Source: an uncultured Planctomycetia bacterium (lineage in GTDB: Bacteria > Planctomycetota > MHYJ01 > WSZJ01 > CAZWCX01). From it: a stretch of DNA of 64,000 nucleotides. Below, in pieces: positions 27,276-38,300 of this stretch (its first letter is position 1; the number at the start of each line of letters is the position of its first letter). Where the stretch lies: positions 8,596 to 72,595 of the forward strand of contig CAZWCX010000020.1 in assembly GCA_964632945.1 (NCBI GenBank), written 5' to 3'. A program made the position numbers and the translations under genes. Below the pieces are notes generated by a model. That model saw only the letters and a list, made by a program, of their open reading frames with translations. It was not told where the DNA came from and made no database searches.

Positions 27276-28064
27276 TCACCGTCGACGGGGACGATGTCGT
27301 CCCAAATATTCCTGGGTCGGGGTGACCGCTTCCACGCCGACCGTCGCGCCGGCCCGAACCACGAACTCGCTCAGGCCCACTTCCCCCGCCGGGTTCCCCC
27401 AGTCGTACGTGTAGCCGAGCCGCGTCCAGGGGTATCCATTCTCCCCGTACGAAGATCCCCGCAGACGCTCGAACCACTCGAAGTGTCCGGGCCGCGCCGC
27501 CGGACCGACGGAAGCCCGGCGCACGTCCCATTCCGCCACGCGGTCGTCGATCTCGGGATCCGGCGCGGGCCGGAAGAGGTCCCCCGGCGCAACCCACAAT
27601 TCCACGAACCGTGACTTTCCCACCCCGGGCGGGAGGCCCAACAACTGCTCGACTCGCAGCGTCAGCGCCTCCCCGGACTCGGGCCGGGACCGGCAGAAAT
27701 GGCTCAGTTCCGGGACCAGCGTCACCCAGACTTCCCGGCCGAGTTCCATCTCGCGACCGATCTCGCGGTCATAGCCGTCCCAGGAAGTCCAGGTCACGGC
27801 CAGGACTCGACGGGCCCCGGCGCGGTCCCGCCACTGCAGCGCGGGATGGTCCGGGGTGACGGCGGTCAGCGTCCGACAGACCTCTTCCGGCTCCGCGACC
27901 TCGGCGTCCGCGATCGCGCGCCGATACGACGCCTGGAGATCCGGCAGCCCCGGCGTCCGATGGGCGGACGTGCACCCGAAGACGAGGGCAAGGACGAGCA
28001 CCCAGGCGCCGGCGGAGACATGGGCCCGGACGGCGGACGCGGAGAGTGGCCGGAAAACTTCCAC
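27276..28064 (-). CDS. Lipoprotein, hypothetical
   Basis: Signal/lipobox VLVLALVFGCTS. The mature domain is Trp/Tyr-rich (…GENGYPWTRLGYTYDWGNPAGEVGLSEF…). Confidence 0.5.
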   Translation of the reverse strand: MEVFRPLSASAVRAHVSAGAWVLVLALVFGCTSAHRTPGLPDLQASYRRAIADAEVAEPEEVCRTLTAVTPDHPALQWRDRAGARRVLAVTWTSWDGYDREIGREMELGREVWVTLVPELSHFCRSRPESGEALTLRVEQLLGLPPGVGKSRFVELWVAPGDLFRPAPDPEIDDRVAEWDVRRASVGPAARPGHFEWFERLRGSSYGENGYPWTRLGYTYDWGNPAGEVGLSEFVVRAGATVGVEAVTPTQEYLGRHRPRRR

Positions 28065-28122
28065 CGGGCGTCTCCACCGGGGTCCGGGAAGGCGCCGTCG
28101 GACTCCGACGGCGAAGGAGGAG

Positions 28123-28578
28123 TCAACGGGACGGGGTCGATTTGCGGCCCGCCGTCCGCCGGGTCGCGCGCGCCTTCGGGGCCGGCGCGGTCGGGGCGCC
28201 CCCCCGCTCCGCGCGCAGTCGGAGGGCGGCGATCAACCTCTTGAGCTCGAGCGCATTCACACCCGCCCAGTCGGTAAAGCGGATGCAGCCCACCCGGGAG
28301 GTGACCTTGCCGAGCTTGGGCGCGTACTTCGCCACGAGATCGGCCTCGGGGACATAGAGGCTGTAGAACCCCTTCCGGGCGGCGATGCCGGCGAGCGGCT
28401 TCCCCGCCCAATCGAAGGTGGCGATCCCCCAATTCACGCTCTCGCGCCAGTCCGGCAGATTGCGCCGGAGCAGGGCGAGGACGGTCCGCATCGTCGGCTC
28501 CATCGACGGGGCGATCTTCTGCAGGTACTCCTCGTGGCTCCGGGCGGTGATGTTCCCTCGGCTCTTCGGCTTGCCCAC
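28123..28578 (-). CDS. DUF1801 (YdhG-like) domain protein
   Basis: HEEYLQKIAPSMEPTMRTVLALLRRNLPDWRESVNWGIATFDWAGKPLAGIAARKGFYSLY matches the YdhG/DUF1801 pattern. Confidence 0.5.
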   Translation of the reverse strand: MGKPKSRGNITARSHEEYLQKIAPSMEPTMRTVLALLRRNLPDWRESVNWGIATFDWAGKPLAGIAARKGFYSLYVPEADLVAKYAPKLGKVTSRVGCIRFTDWAGVNALELKRLIAALRLRAERGGAPTAPAPKARATRRTAGRKSTPSR

Positions 28579-28592
28579 GACGGTCTTCTCCC

Positions 28593-29339
28593 CTACTGCT
28601 TCTTCCCCTGAGCGGCGACCGCCTTGGCCGCCGCCGCGATGGCGGCCGCATCGCCCAGATAGCGATGTCCGCGAGGCGTCAGGTCGTCGTTCAGCTCGTA
28701 CACGAGCGGAATTCCCGTGGGAATGTTGAGTTCGACGATGTCGGCATCGGAGACGCCGTCGAGGTACTTGACGAGGGCGCGCAGACTGTTGCCGTGGGCC
28801 GCCAGGATCACCCGCTGTCCCGAACGCACGGCGGGAGCGATCGTCTCATGCCAATACGGGAGGAAGCGCGCAACGGTATCCTTCAGGGACTCGGTGCGCG
28901 GGAGATCCTGCGCGGACAGCCCCGCGTAGCGGGGATCGTGCCCCGGATAGCGGGGATCCTCGGGCGTGAGCGCCGGCGGCGGGATGTCGTAGCTGCGCCG
29001 CCAGATCTTCACCTGATCCTCGCCGTGCTTCGCCGCGGTCTCGGCCTTGTTCAACCCCTGCAAGGCGCCATAGTGCCGTTCGTTGAGCCTCCAGGAATTG
29101 TGGATCGGAATCCACATGCGGTCCATTTCCTCGAGCGCGATCCACAGCGTCTGGATGGCGCGGGTGAGGACCGACGTATACGCGACGTCGAAGGCAAACC
29201 CCTCCTTTCGCAGCGTCTGCCCGGCCGCGCGCGCCTCGTCGACCCCCTTGGGGGAAAGCCTCACGTCGGTCCAGCCGGTAAAGCGGTTTTCCTTGTTCCA
29301 CTGGCTCTCGCCGTGACGCAGGAGGACGAGGGTCTTCAT
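28593..29339 (-). CDS. gpmA: 2,3-bisphosphoglycerate-dependent phosphoglycerate mutase
   Basis: [29 protein letters not shown] is the catalytic His motif (RHGE). The sequence is co-linear with GpmA through the C-terminal AKAVAAQGK. The start ATG is at 29337-29339. Confidence 0.85.
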   Translation of the reverse strand: MKTLVLLRHGESQWNKENRFTGWTDVRLSPKGVDEARAAGQTLRKEGFAFDVAYTSVLTRAIQTLWIALEEMDRMWIPIHNSWRLNERHYGALQGLNKAETAAKHGEDQVKIWRRSYDIPPPALTPEDPRYPGHDPRYAGLSAQDLPRTESLKDTVARFLPYWHETIAPAVRSGQRVILAAHGNSLRALVKYLDGVSDADIVELNIPTGIPLVYELNDDLTPRGHRYLGDAAAIAAAAKAVAAQGKKQ

Positions 29340-29451
29340 CGGGCGACTCCGCGGAGAGGAGTGCAGGACCGGGCCCTCGAGGGCCCTGTCCGACACGGTA
29401 CACCGAGAATGGCCGGTTCGCAACGATCGGCTTCGGCAGGAGGACGGCAAG

Positions 29452-30468
29452 TCACTCCCCCGGTTCGCGGGCTTCGAGTCGAATCACCGCACTCCGGAAC
29501 AACCACCAGGCCACGGTCCACTCCAGCAGGCACGTGATCCCCGTGGAGAAGACCAACCCCCCGCCGATTCCCAGACCGCCATCGACCATCAGGATCGGGA
29601 GCAACGAGGCGCGAGTCAGACAACCGAGGAACGGCAGGCCGACGAGACCAAGCGCGAGCGCCAGAGCAATCGCGCCGCCGCTCGACCGGGTCCGACCCGC
29701 CGCCCAAAGTCCGGCGGCGGCGCCGAAGGCGAACTGGCCCAAAACTCCGAGCACGTGAATCGCGGCCATCGTCGCTTGCGGCGACCAGGCCCCTGCCGGA
29801 TTCCGGGACAGGCCGACCCACGTCGACGCAGCGTAGGCACCGGACTGGGAGGCCAGCAGGAGGAACCCGGGCAACAGGAGGAGCAGGAGCCAGAGGACGG
29901 GATCCAGACGCGTGCCGGCGATCCCTGCCAGCATCGGTCCTCTGGGGAACGGACTCACCAGCAACGAATCGAGCGTGCCCCGATCCTTTTCCTCCTGCAG
30001 TGCGAGGGCGGTCAGCACGGGGGTCAAGGCCTGGGTGATCAAGGCCAGAATCAGGACGTGGCTCGACAGCAGGCCGATCAGGAAGGTCCCACGCAACGAG
30101 CCGCCCAGTTCGACCGCAAGACCGCAGTAGTACACTACGCCCAGGGTGAGCGCGATTCCCAGGCTCCATCGATACCCGGCCGTACGACGATACGAGCGAG
30201 GGCGATAGAGCGGATTGTCCCCGAAGAGGCGCCCCCAGGGGCCGGCGATCACGGGTTTCCTCCGCGCGGACCAGGCGCGCTGCCCTCGGTTGCCGATCGG
30301 CGACTCCGCGAACCGGAGTCGGACGATCAGCCAAGACGCGTTCGCGGGGCCCCCCCCGCGCCTCGGGAGAGTAGCATCCCGACGCGGATCGAGCAACCGG
30401 GGCGTATTGGGGGCTGCCCCCGCGCCCGGTTCGCCGCCGACGGTGACTCGGGCCGGAGGGCTTCCCAT
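29452..30468 (-). CDS. Multi-pass membrane protein, ABC-2-type permease-like
   Basis: Only the C-terminal ~338 aa of track ORF 29452..33651 are credible (six hydrophobic segments: [12 protein letters not shown]..., [14 protein letters not shown]..., etc.). The remainder is antisense to the beta-lactamase and GH114 genes. The start is uncertain: ATG at 30466-30468, or a downstream GTG. Confidence 0.4.
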   Translation of the reverse strand: MGSPPARVTVGGEPGAGAAPNTPRLLDPRRDATLPRRGGGPANASWLIVRLRFAESPIGNRGQRAWSARRKPVIAGPWGRLFGDNPLYRPRSYRRTAGYRWSLGIALTLGVVYYCGLAVELGGSLRGTFLIGLLSSHVLILALITQALTPVLTALALQEEKDRGTLDSLLVSPFPRGPMLAGIAGTRLDPVLWLLLLLLPGFLLLASQSGAYAASTWVGLSRNPAGAWSPQATMAAIHVLGVLGQFAFGAAAGLWAAGRTRSSGGAIALALALGLVGLPFLGCLTRASLLPILMVDGGLGIGGGLVFSTGITCLLEWTVAWWLFRSAVIRLEAREPGE

Positions 30469-30600
30469 CCGAATGGACCGATCTTCCTTCCCCCGATCCC
30501 GATCCCCTGTCATCATGGGCCCGGTCGCGGAGGGAGCGGTTGAGCCGGCACCCCGCCTCACCGAGGCCGGATTCCCCGTTCGACGGAGGACCTTTCGCCG

Positions 30601-32748
30601 ATGAGCCGTCTTTCCCCCGCCCTCCTGACGCTCCTCTTGACCTTCCTCGCGACCGTGGCGGGGGCCGAACCCGTGGCCGCCGCCGGCCGTTGGGAGGGCG
30701 CCATCCGCACTCCCGGCGCCGAGCTGCGCGTGCTCGTCGATCTCGCGGCCGACTCCGGCGGCGGCTGGTCCGGGACCATCGACATCCCGCAGCAGGGGGC
30801 GAAGGGGCTCGCGCTCGCCGGCGTGAAGGTCGAGGGGGCGTCCGTCGCCTTCGCGATCGCCGGGATCCCGGGCGATCCGACCTTCCGCGGATCGCTCGTC
30901 GCGGATGGCGGCGTCATCGAGGGGAAGTTCACGCAAGGGGGAGCCGAATTTCCGTTCCGCCTGGAGCGACCGGTCGATCCGCGCCAGGACCTGGCCGGAA
31001 AGCTGGAGGAGTTCCGCGGCCTCGTTCGCCGCGCCCTCGCCGACTTCGGCGTCCCCGCGGTGTCGATCGCCCTGGTGAAGGACGACGTCGTCGTTCTGTG
31101 CGAGGGATTCGGGCTGCGCGACGTCGAGAAGAAGCAACCGGCCACCGCGGAGACCCTGTTCGCCATCGGGTCGTGCACCAAGGCCTTCACGGCCCTCTCC
31201 GTCGGGCTCTTGGTCGATGACGGTCGGCTGGACTGGGACGCCAAGGTCCGCGACGTCCTCCCCGGCTTCCGGCTCCACGACCGCGCGGCCGAGGAGCGCA
31301 TCACCGCCCGCGACCTGCTTTGCCACCGCTCCGGGCTGCCCCGGCACGACCTGGTCTGGTACAACGCCCCCGGGGATCGCGCCGAATTGGTCAAGAGCCT
31401 GCGCTGGCTGGAACCGAGCGCCGACCTGCGCGCGCGGTGGCAGTATCAAAACCTGATGTTCATGGCCGCCGGCCACCTGGCCGGAGAGCGCGCGGGGATG
31501 TCCTGGGAAGACCTGGTACGGACCCGCATCTTCCAGCCCCTCGGCATGACCCGCAGCAACTTCTCTGTGGAGGACTCGCAGAAGTCGGAGGACCATGCCC
31601 GGCCCTACGTGGAGCAGGAGAAGCAAACCGTCCCGGTTCCGTTCCGCAACATCTCGGCGGTCGGTCCGGCGGGATCGATCAACTCGTGCGCCCGGGACAT
31701 GGCGCAGTGGCTGAGACTCCAGCTCGGCGACGGCGAGGTCGACGGGAAACGGGTGGTTTCCTCCACGGTCCTGCGCGAGACCCACCAATCGCAGATGCTC
31801 ATCCCCCGGGCCCCCGGCGATCCGGAGATCTCCCATCACGCCTACGCGCTGGGCTGGATCACCTCGCTCTACCGCGGCCGTGAGATGGTCGAACACGGCG
31901 GCAACATCGACGGATTCACCGCCGACATCGCCCTGATCCCCTCCGCCCGGGTCGGGGTCGCGATTCTCAGCAACCACGGCCGCACGAGCCTGCCGTCCGG
32001 CCTCGCGTTCACCGCGCTCGACCTCGCCCTCGGGCTCGAGCCGATCGACTGGTGCGCCCGCATGCTCCAACGCAAGGCGGGGTCGGAGCAGGCCGGCACG
32101 CAGAGCCAGTCGCTCCTCGAACAGGAACGCAAGCCCGGCACGAAACCCGCGCACCCCCTCGAGGAGTACGCCGCCGAATACGAACATCCGGCCTACGGCG
32201 TCATGCGCGTGCGCGTGGAGGGGAACACCCTGGCCGCCGAGTTCCACGGCATCCCCCTCGCGCTCGAGCATTGGCACTTCGAGACTTTCCGCGCCGTCCC
32301 CCAGGAAGCCGCGCTCGCGCAGCAGACCTTGATGATGCAATTTCTCACGAACTTGCAGGGGAACGTGGACCGGCTCTCCGCCCCGCTCGAGCCCCTCGTG
32401 CCCGAAATCGTCTTCCGGCGCCGCCCGCCCGCGCGGCTCTCGGATCCCGCCTTCCTCCGCACGCTCCTGGGATCCTACCGGTCCGAACTCATTCCGACCC
32501 TGTCGGCCACGGTATCGCTCCGCGGGGAATCGACGCTCACCGTGACCCTCCCGGGCCAGCCGACCTACGAACTCCTTCCCGTCCGCGGGACCGAGTTCCG
32601 CATCCGCACGCTCGAGGGGTTCCATGTCCGCTTCGAGCTCGACGCCGCGGGCGCACCGATCCAGATCCTGTTCGTGCAGCCCAACGGGGTGTTCGCAGCC
32701 AAGCGCGTGCGGGAGGAGCAGGAGTCCGCGCCGGCCACGCCGCGATGA
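30601..32748 (+). CDS. Secreted serine hydrolase of the beta-lactamase / penicillin-binding family with extra N- and C-terminal domains
   Basis: Signal peptide MSRLSPALLTLLLTFLATVAGA. Active-site S-x-x-K in FAIGSCTKAFTA, a YxN-like element, and a ~300-aa C-terminal beta-rich extension. Confidence 0.75.
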   Translation: MSRLSPALLTLLLTFLATVAGAEPVAAAGRWEGAIRTPGAELRVLVDLAADSGGGWSGTIDIPQQGAKGLALAGVKVEGASVAFAIAGIPGDPTFRGSLVADGGVIEGKFTQGGAEFPFRLERPVDPRQDLAGKLEEFRGLVRRALADFGVPAVSIALVKDDVVVLCEGFGLRDVEKKQPATAETLFAIGSCTKAFTALSVGLLVDDGRLDWDAKVRDVLPGFRLHDRAAEERITARDLLCHRSGLPRHDLVWYNAPGDRAELVKSLRWLEPSADLRARWQYQNLMFMAAGHLAGERAGMSWEDLVRTRIFQPLGMTRSNFSVEDSQKSEDHARPYVEQEKQTVPVPFRNISAVGPAGSINSCARDMAQWLRLQLGDGEVDGKRVVSSTVLRETHQSQMLIPRAPGDPEISHHAYALGWITSLYRGREMVEHGGNIDGFTADIALIPSARVGVAILSNHGRTSLPSGLAFTALDLALGLEPIDWCARMLQRKAGSEQAGTQSQSLLEQERKPGTKPAHPLEEYAAEYEHPAYGVMRVRVEGNTLAAEFHGIPLALEHWHFETFRAVPQEAALAQQTLMMQFLTNLQGNVDRLSAPLEPLVPEIVFRRRPPARLSDPAFLRTLLGSYRSELIPTLSATVSLRGESTLTVTLPGQPTYELLPVRGTEFRIRTLEGFHVRFELDAAGAPIQILFVQPNGVFAAKRVREEQESAPATPR

Positions 32749-32808
32749 TCCGCGCCGAGCTTCACGCGGCGCCCGTGTGAGCCTGTTTCGACCACGAGGT
32801 GGCTTCCG

Positions 32809-33852
32809 ATGTCGAGGAGTCGAGTGCCTCGGAAAATCGCGACGTTCGCGCTGTGGGTCGCGATCGTGGGGGGGGGCTGGGCTTCGGCGGAAGACCAACC
32901 GACCGGCCACGCGAAGCAAGACCGGGTCGGGCGGCTCGCCGCGGCCCGCACCTGGATGTACCAGATCCAGGGGCTGGACGAGCCCGGCGCCGTCCCCGCG
33001 CTCGAGCGTTCGGAGTACCCGCTCCTCGTGCTCGAGCCCGGCCACAACCTCCGTGAGAGCCGCACCCCCACGACCGCCATGCTCCGCAAACTTCGAACCA
33101 CCCCCGCGGGAAGGACGCGCCTCCTCCTCGCCTACATCGATGTCGGGCAGGCGGAAGACTATCGCGATTACTGGAAGAGCGACTGGCGAGCCCCCGGCAA
33201 AGGGAAGCCCGGCGAGCCCGACTTTCTGCTCACGGTCGATCCCGACGGCTGGAGCGGCAACTACCCGGTCGCCTACTGGCGCAGGCCCTGGCAGGATCTC
33301 TGGCTGGGCGATGCCGGCATGGTCGCCACGCTCGCCCGCCTCGGCTTTGACGGGGTGTACCTCGACTGGGTCGAGGCCTATGACGACGAACACGTCCGGG
33401 AAGCCGCAGAACGGGAGCGGGTCGATGCCCCGACGGCGATGATCGACTTCATCCAGCGGATCCGCGAGGCCGGCCGAGCGGTAACGCCCGATTTCCTGGT
33501 CATCCCGCAGAATGCGCCGTATCTCCTCGACACCGATCCGGAGCGTTACGCATCCGTCATCGACGCCCTGGCCGTGGAAGACACCTGGTTCCACGGCGCG
33601 GGGGATGCCGAGTGGGACGATCCGGAGGCGGGAGACCTCCGCGAGCGCCACGAGGATGAATGGAGCACGCGGAGCCGGCTGCGGCAGCTTCGGAAGTACC
33701 TAGACCGGGGCCTGCCGGTCTTCTCCGTCGACTACTGCATCGCCGAGGAGAACGCCGCCCGCGTCTACCGGGAGGCGCGCGAGGCGGGGCTGCGGCCGCT
33801 CGTCACCCGAGTCTCCCTCTCCCGGATGACGGTCACGCCTCCCGATCGGTAG
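32809..33852 (+). CDS. Glycoside hydrolase family 114-like protein (endo-alpha-1,4-polygalactosaminidase-like), secreted
   Basis: Signal peptide, and the GH114 hallmark segment GFDGVYLDWVEAY within a TIM-barrel-like (beta/alpha) layout. A GAGGTGG SD lies upstream of the ATG at 32809. Confidence 0.6.
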   Translation: MSRSRVPRKIATFALWVAIVGGGWASAEDQPTGHAKQDRVGRLAAARTWMYQIQGLDEPGAVPALERSEYPLLVLEPGHNLRESRTPTTAMLRKLRTTPAGRTRLLLAYIDVGQAEDYRDYWKSDWRAPGKGKPGEPDFLLTVDPDGWSGNYPVAYWRRPWQDLWLGDAGMVATLARLGFDGVYLDWVEAYDDEHVREAAERERVDAPTAMIDFIQRIREAGRAVTPDFLVIPQNAPYLLDTDPERYASVIDALAVEDTWFHGAGDAEWDDPEAGDLRERHEDEWSTRSRLRQLRKYLDRGLPVFSVDYCIAEENAARVYREAREAGLRPLVTRVSLSRMTVTPPDR

Positions 33853-34320
33853 CGAGACCGCGGGAGAGCGCTCCTCCCGCCGCGGCCGGATCGGGCCGAT
33901 GGCCACCCAGACGCCGCGCTCTCGTGGGCCGGCGGGAGGACAGGGCGTTCGGGTTTACGACCTCGATCCGCTGGTCCCGGACAACTTGCGTGCCCGTGAC
34001 TCCTGCGCCGGGATCGCGGACGACCGGAATTCGATCCGCCCTTGACCATGGCAGGCTGCGGCCGATACGCTGCTCGGAGCAGGCTGCGTGAGGCGTGGCG
34101 CTCCCGCATGAACGCGGCATCCTCGCTCGGGAACTCGACCCGGTGCGCCTCACGGTCGACGCCCGAAGCGAAGTCAGAGCCCTGGCCTTTCCGGAGGAGG
34201 CTCTGGAGCGCACCCAGAGTCGGGCGCCGGCGGTGTACGAGCACCGGATGCGCGCAGGGGCGATCGGACGACCCAGGGGGCGTGCGTGGACGGATGCGCG
34301 ACCGCGCTCCAGGAGAAGGC

Positions 34321-35244
34321 ATGAACGACGGGAAGCCCGGAGAGGCCAAACCCCTCGTGCCACGCGAGGCCCCCGCCTGCCAGGTCTGCGGCGAACCGCT
34401 TCACGGACGCGCGGTGGTGGAGTGCTGCCAGTGCGGCACTCCGCACCACCTGTCGTGCTGGCGGTTCAACAAGCGCTGTTCCATCTATGGCTGCGGGAGC
34501 CGAAGTTGCCGCCAGCCCGCCCCCTCGCCCGCCCTGAAGTCGGTCGGCCCGTTCGAAGTGAAGGTGAACCCAAGGTACCGGTCCTTCACTCCCCTGGACG
34601 CGATCTCCTTCACCACCGTGGTCGGGATCGCCGGGCTGATGATGCTCCTGGGCCTGCCGGTGGACGGCGTGGTGGGCCCGACCGCGCTCTTGCTGATCCC
34701 GGTGCTGATCGCCCTGCTCGCGGGGATCGATGAACGTCTTTCGGTCGATCCGACCCGCGGGACGATCGACCGCTCCCTGCGGATCAGAGGGCGGACGGTA
34801 TGGTCGGTTCCGGACTGGCTCCGGTTTTCCCGGGTGGTGGAACTCCATGTTCACCGCTGGACCCTGGACGGCATACGGCCGACGCAGATGTGGCAGTTGC
34901 AGGCGCTCCTCGACGACGGGTCCCGCACGAAGATCCTGACCGACTCCCATCCGGGCGGGCAGGGGGAACCCGAACTTCCCCGCATCGCCGAACAACTGGC
35001 GGAGATGGTCGATTGCACGGTTCGGCGGTTCGACGGCGCGGAGCCGCCGGATCGCGCCGAACTCGACGAGGCGGTGACCGCCTGGCGCGATTCCCGGGCC
35101 CTCCCGGCCGCGCCGGAGGCCGCCGGGCCGGATGCTCCCGCCGGCAGCGGCACCCCCGTTCGCGAGATCGTCTCCCCGTCCGCGGACGGCGAGCCGACGA
35201 CCGCGCGAGAGGGCGATTCCGGGACCGACGCCGAACGGCGCTGA
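34321..35244 (+). CDS. Membrane protein with an N-terminal RING/PHD-like treble-clef zinc finger
   Basis: CQVCGEPLHGRAVVECCQCGTPHHLSCWRFNKRCSIYGCGS gives the spacing C-x2-C-x11-C-x2-C-x4-H-x2-C-x6-C-x4-C. Two TM segments follow (ISFTTVVGIAGLMMLLGLPV; LLLIPVLIALLAGI). The ATG at 34321 has GGAGAAGG upstream. Confidence 0.55.
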   Translation: MNDGKPGEAKPLVPREAPACQVCGEPLHGRAVVECCQCGTPHHLSCWRFNKRCSIYGCGSRSCRQPAPSPALKSVGPFEVKVNPRYRSFTPLDAISFTTVVGIAGLMMLLGLPVDGVVGPTALLLIPVLIALLAGIDERLSVDPTRGTIDRSLRIRGRTVWSVPDWLRFSRVVELHVHRWTLDGIRPTQMWQLQALLDDGSRTKILTDSHPGGQGEPELPRIAEQLAEMVDCTVRRFDGAEPPDRAELDEAVTAWRDSRALPAAPEAAGPDAPAGSGTPVREIVSPSADGEPTTAREGDSGTDAERR

Positions 35245-35302
35245 GGCCGGGCCGGCGCGGGAGGCCGGTCCTTCCCGTCGCCGACCGGGCGAGCGGCGCT
35301 TC

Positions 35303-38300
35303 CTACCCCTTTCCCTTCTTCACCGAGATGCCGGCCTCCTTGAGCCGGTAGTAGAACGTGCTGCGCGCGAGGCCGAGTCGCTGCGCGGCCTTTTCCACGC
35401 TTCCGCCGGCTTCGTCGAGCACGGCCTTGTACACGTCCGCCACGATCTGGTCGAAGGTCTTGTCGCGGATCGAGACCATTCCCTTCATGTCGATGGCCGC
35501 GCTCGAGCCGCCCCGCCGGCGGCCGCCGCCGTCCGCTCCGACCCCCGCTCCGGCGGGTCGATAGTTCGCGATCTCGGGGCTGATGTCCTCGAGCGTGATC
35601 GCCTCGCCGGCGAAGGCGAGTGCCCGCTTCACCTCATTTTCCAATTGCCGGATGTTCCCCGGCCACTCGAAGTCGACGATCCGCCGCATGGCGTCGCGCG
35701 CGACTTCCTTTTTCGGCGTGCCGCTCTCCGCGGCGTACTTCTCCAGGAAGTGCTCGATCAGCAGCGGCAGGTCGTCCCGGCGCTCCCGCAGCGGCGGCAG
35801 CCGCAGCGTGAAGACGTTCAGGCGGTAGTAGAGGTCCTCGCGGAACGTCCCCTCCTCCACCATCTTCTTCAGGTCCCGGTGGGTCGCGGCGATGATGCGG
35901 ACGTCCACCTTGATCGACTTCTTTCCGCCGACCGGACGGATCTCGCCCTCCTGGAGCACGCGCAGGAGCTTCTTCTGCATCTCCAGGCCCATCTCGCCGA
36001 TCTCGTCGAGGAAGAGGGTGCCGCCGTTGGCGAATGCGAACAACCCCTCCTTGTCTTTGTCCGCGCCGGTGAACGAGCCCTTGACGTGGCCGAAGAGCTC
36101 GCTTTCGAGCAGCGATTCCGGCAGCGCGCCGCAGTTTTCCGCGACGAACGGCTTGTCCTTGCGGGGGCCGTTGAAGTGGATCGCCTTGGCGACCAGTTCC
36201 TTTCCGGTGCCGCTTTCGCCGTGGATGATCACGGGGAAGTGGGTCTCGGTGATCTTGTCGAGGACCTTGAACAGTTCCTGCATCGCCTTGGAGCGGCCGA
36301 CGATGTTGCCGTAGGAGTACTTCGTGCGCAGCTGCTCCAGGCTGGTGGTGAGCGTGCGCTTGAGGAAGTCGGCCTCCTCCTTCTGGCGCGCGTACAGGCG
36401 CGAGTTTTCGATCGGGGCGGCGATCTTGTCGGCGAACTGGGCGAGCAGCTCCCGGTCCTCCTCGGTGAAGCGCTTGTTCCCGGCCAGATTATCCATGTAG
36501 ACGACGCCGATGGTCTCGCCTTCGAGGTGGATCGGCACCGACAGGATCGAGCGGATCTGCAGGTCCATGATCGAGTCCTGGCCGCGGAACTGGCTTTCGG
36601 CCAGCGCGTCGGTGACGACCGCGGGCTCGCCGGTGCGCGCGACCTGCTCGACGATGGTGCTCGAGAACTCGAACTGCGGAGAGCGGATCTCCTCGTCGTT
36701 GAAGTTGAGCGCAGTGACGGGTTTCAGCTTGCCGTCGACGCCGCGCAGCATGATGAAGCCGCGCTCGGCGCGAGTGACCTGGAGCATCATGCGCATGGTC
36801 AGTTCGAGGACCTTGTCGAGGTCGAGGCCGGCGTTGATGACCTTCATGAGCATGCCGAGGACGGTGATGCCGTCGCGGGAGACGACGAGCTGGTCGAGGT
36901 CGGCGTCCTGGGCGACCTTGCGCTGGACTTCGCGTTCGCTCTCGACGCCGGCCTCGAAGGTGAAGACGCAGTTGCGGCCGTTGCGTTTGGCGTTGTAGAC
37001 CGCCTCGTTCAGGCGTTCGCGTGTGGAAGTCAACGTCTGCGCGTCGGTCGGGCAGGTCAGGACGCCGACGCTGACGGTGACGTTGACGTCGCGGCCCGCG
37101 GCCTGGAAGGGCCAGGTGGCGATTTCGGTGCGCAGGCGGTTGGCCAGACGGACGGCCTCCACGCGTTCGGTCTCGGGCAGGACGACATCGAACTCGTCGC
37201 CTGCGCCGCGGCCGAGGACGTCGACGTTGCGGATCCCCTTGCGCAGGATGCCGCAGACCTCGCGCAGGATGTCGTTGCCCGCTTCGGCGCCGTGGAAGTC
37301 GTTGATCACCTGGAAGCGGTCCAGGTCGACGCGCAGGATCGAGACCAGGCGGCTGTAGCGCCGGCAGCGGTCGAGTTCGCGCTCGAGGATGCCGTCCACG
37401 TAGGCCGGAACGAAGGCGCCGCTCACGCGGTCGAAGACCATCTGCTGGTGCAGTCGCGCGTTGTCGAGGGCGACCGCGGCGTGGTCGGTCATGACCAGGA
37501 GGAGCGCGGCCTCGCGCTCGGCGAAGGCCTTTTCGGTGAACAGGCTGTCGAGGTAGAGCGCCCCGGCGATCGCCCCGCGCATGCGGATCGGGACGCAGAT
37601 GATCGAGCGCACGCGCAGTCCGGCGACGTCGCCGAGCGGAGCGAGGCGCTTGTCGGTCTGGGCGTTCGGCGTGAGCAGGATCTCGCCGGTCTCGATCACA
37701 CGTTCGGCGATCCCCTTGGAGATCTTGGTCGCCGGATCGTCGATGTCGCGACTGCCCAGGTTGCGCGAGACCTCGAACTGGAGGCGCCCGCCGGTGGCGC
37801 CGCCGGCGCCCCGCAGAATGAGGAAGCCGCGGTCGGCCCCGGTGATCTCGATCGCGGTGTCGATGATGTACTCGAGGACCTTGCGCGGATCCTGTTCCGC
37901 GCCGATCCGGCGGCCGACCTCGACCAGGCGCACGAGCTGCGAGAAGTCCTTCCCCACCGGCGAACCGGCGTGGTCGCGGACCAGGTTGGCGAACCAGCGG
38001 TCGGCCCCGGCGGAGGTGAAGTCGGCGGCGAGCGTGGTGGTCTCGTCCTTGCGCGACTGCACCTCGGTGTCGATTTTGGCCGCGAGTTCGACGGCCGCCT
38101 TGCGCCGGGGGTCGCGGGCGTACGCCTCGCGGTACTCTTCGGGCAGTTTGGCGGCGACCTGGGCAAAGACCTTGCGCACCTCCTCCGCGTGGAAGCCCGC
38201 CTTGAGCGGGTGGTTGCGCTTGCGCAGGACCTCGGCGAGCCCGGTGTGCGCCTGCCAGAGGAATTCCGGGTTTTTCACCGACTGGGCGAGTTCGCGCGCG

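Noticed and set aside
26689-27414. 241-aa plus ORF
   Set aside because: It has an acidic, low-complexity middle and no motifs. It competes with a minus-strand small membrane protein ORF that has an SD. Neither is strongly supported, and only the minus-strand ORF was kept, at low confidence.
30469-33651. Upper ~1060 aa of the 1399-aa minus ORF 29452..33651
   Set aside because: It is antisense to the beta-lactamase-family and GH114-like genes, with low-complexity translation. Only the C-terminal TM-rich ~338 aa were kept, with low confidence.
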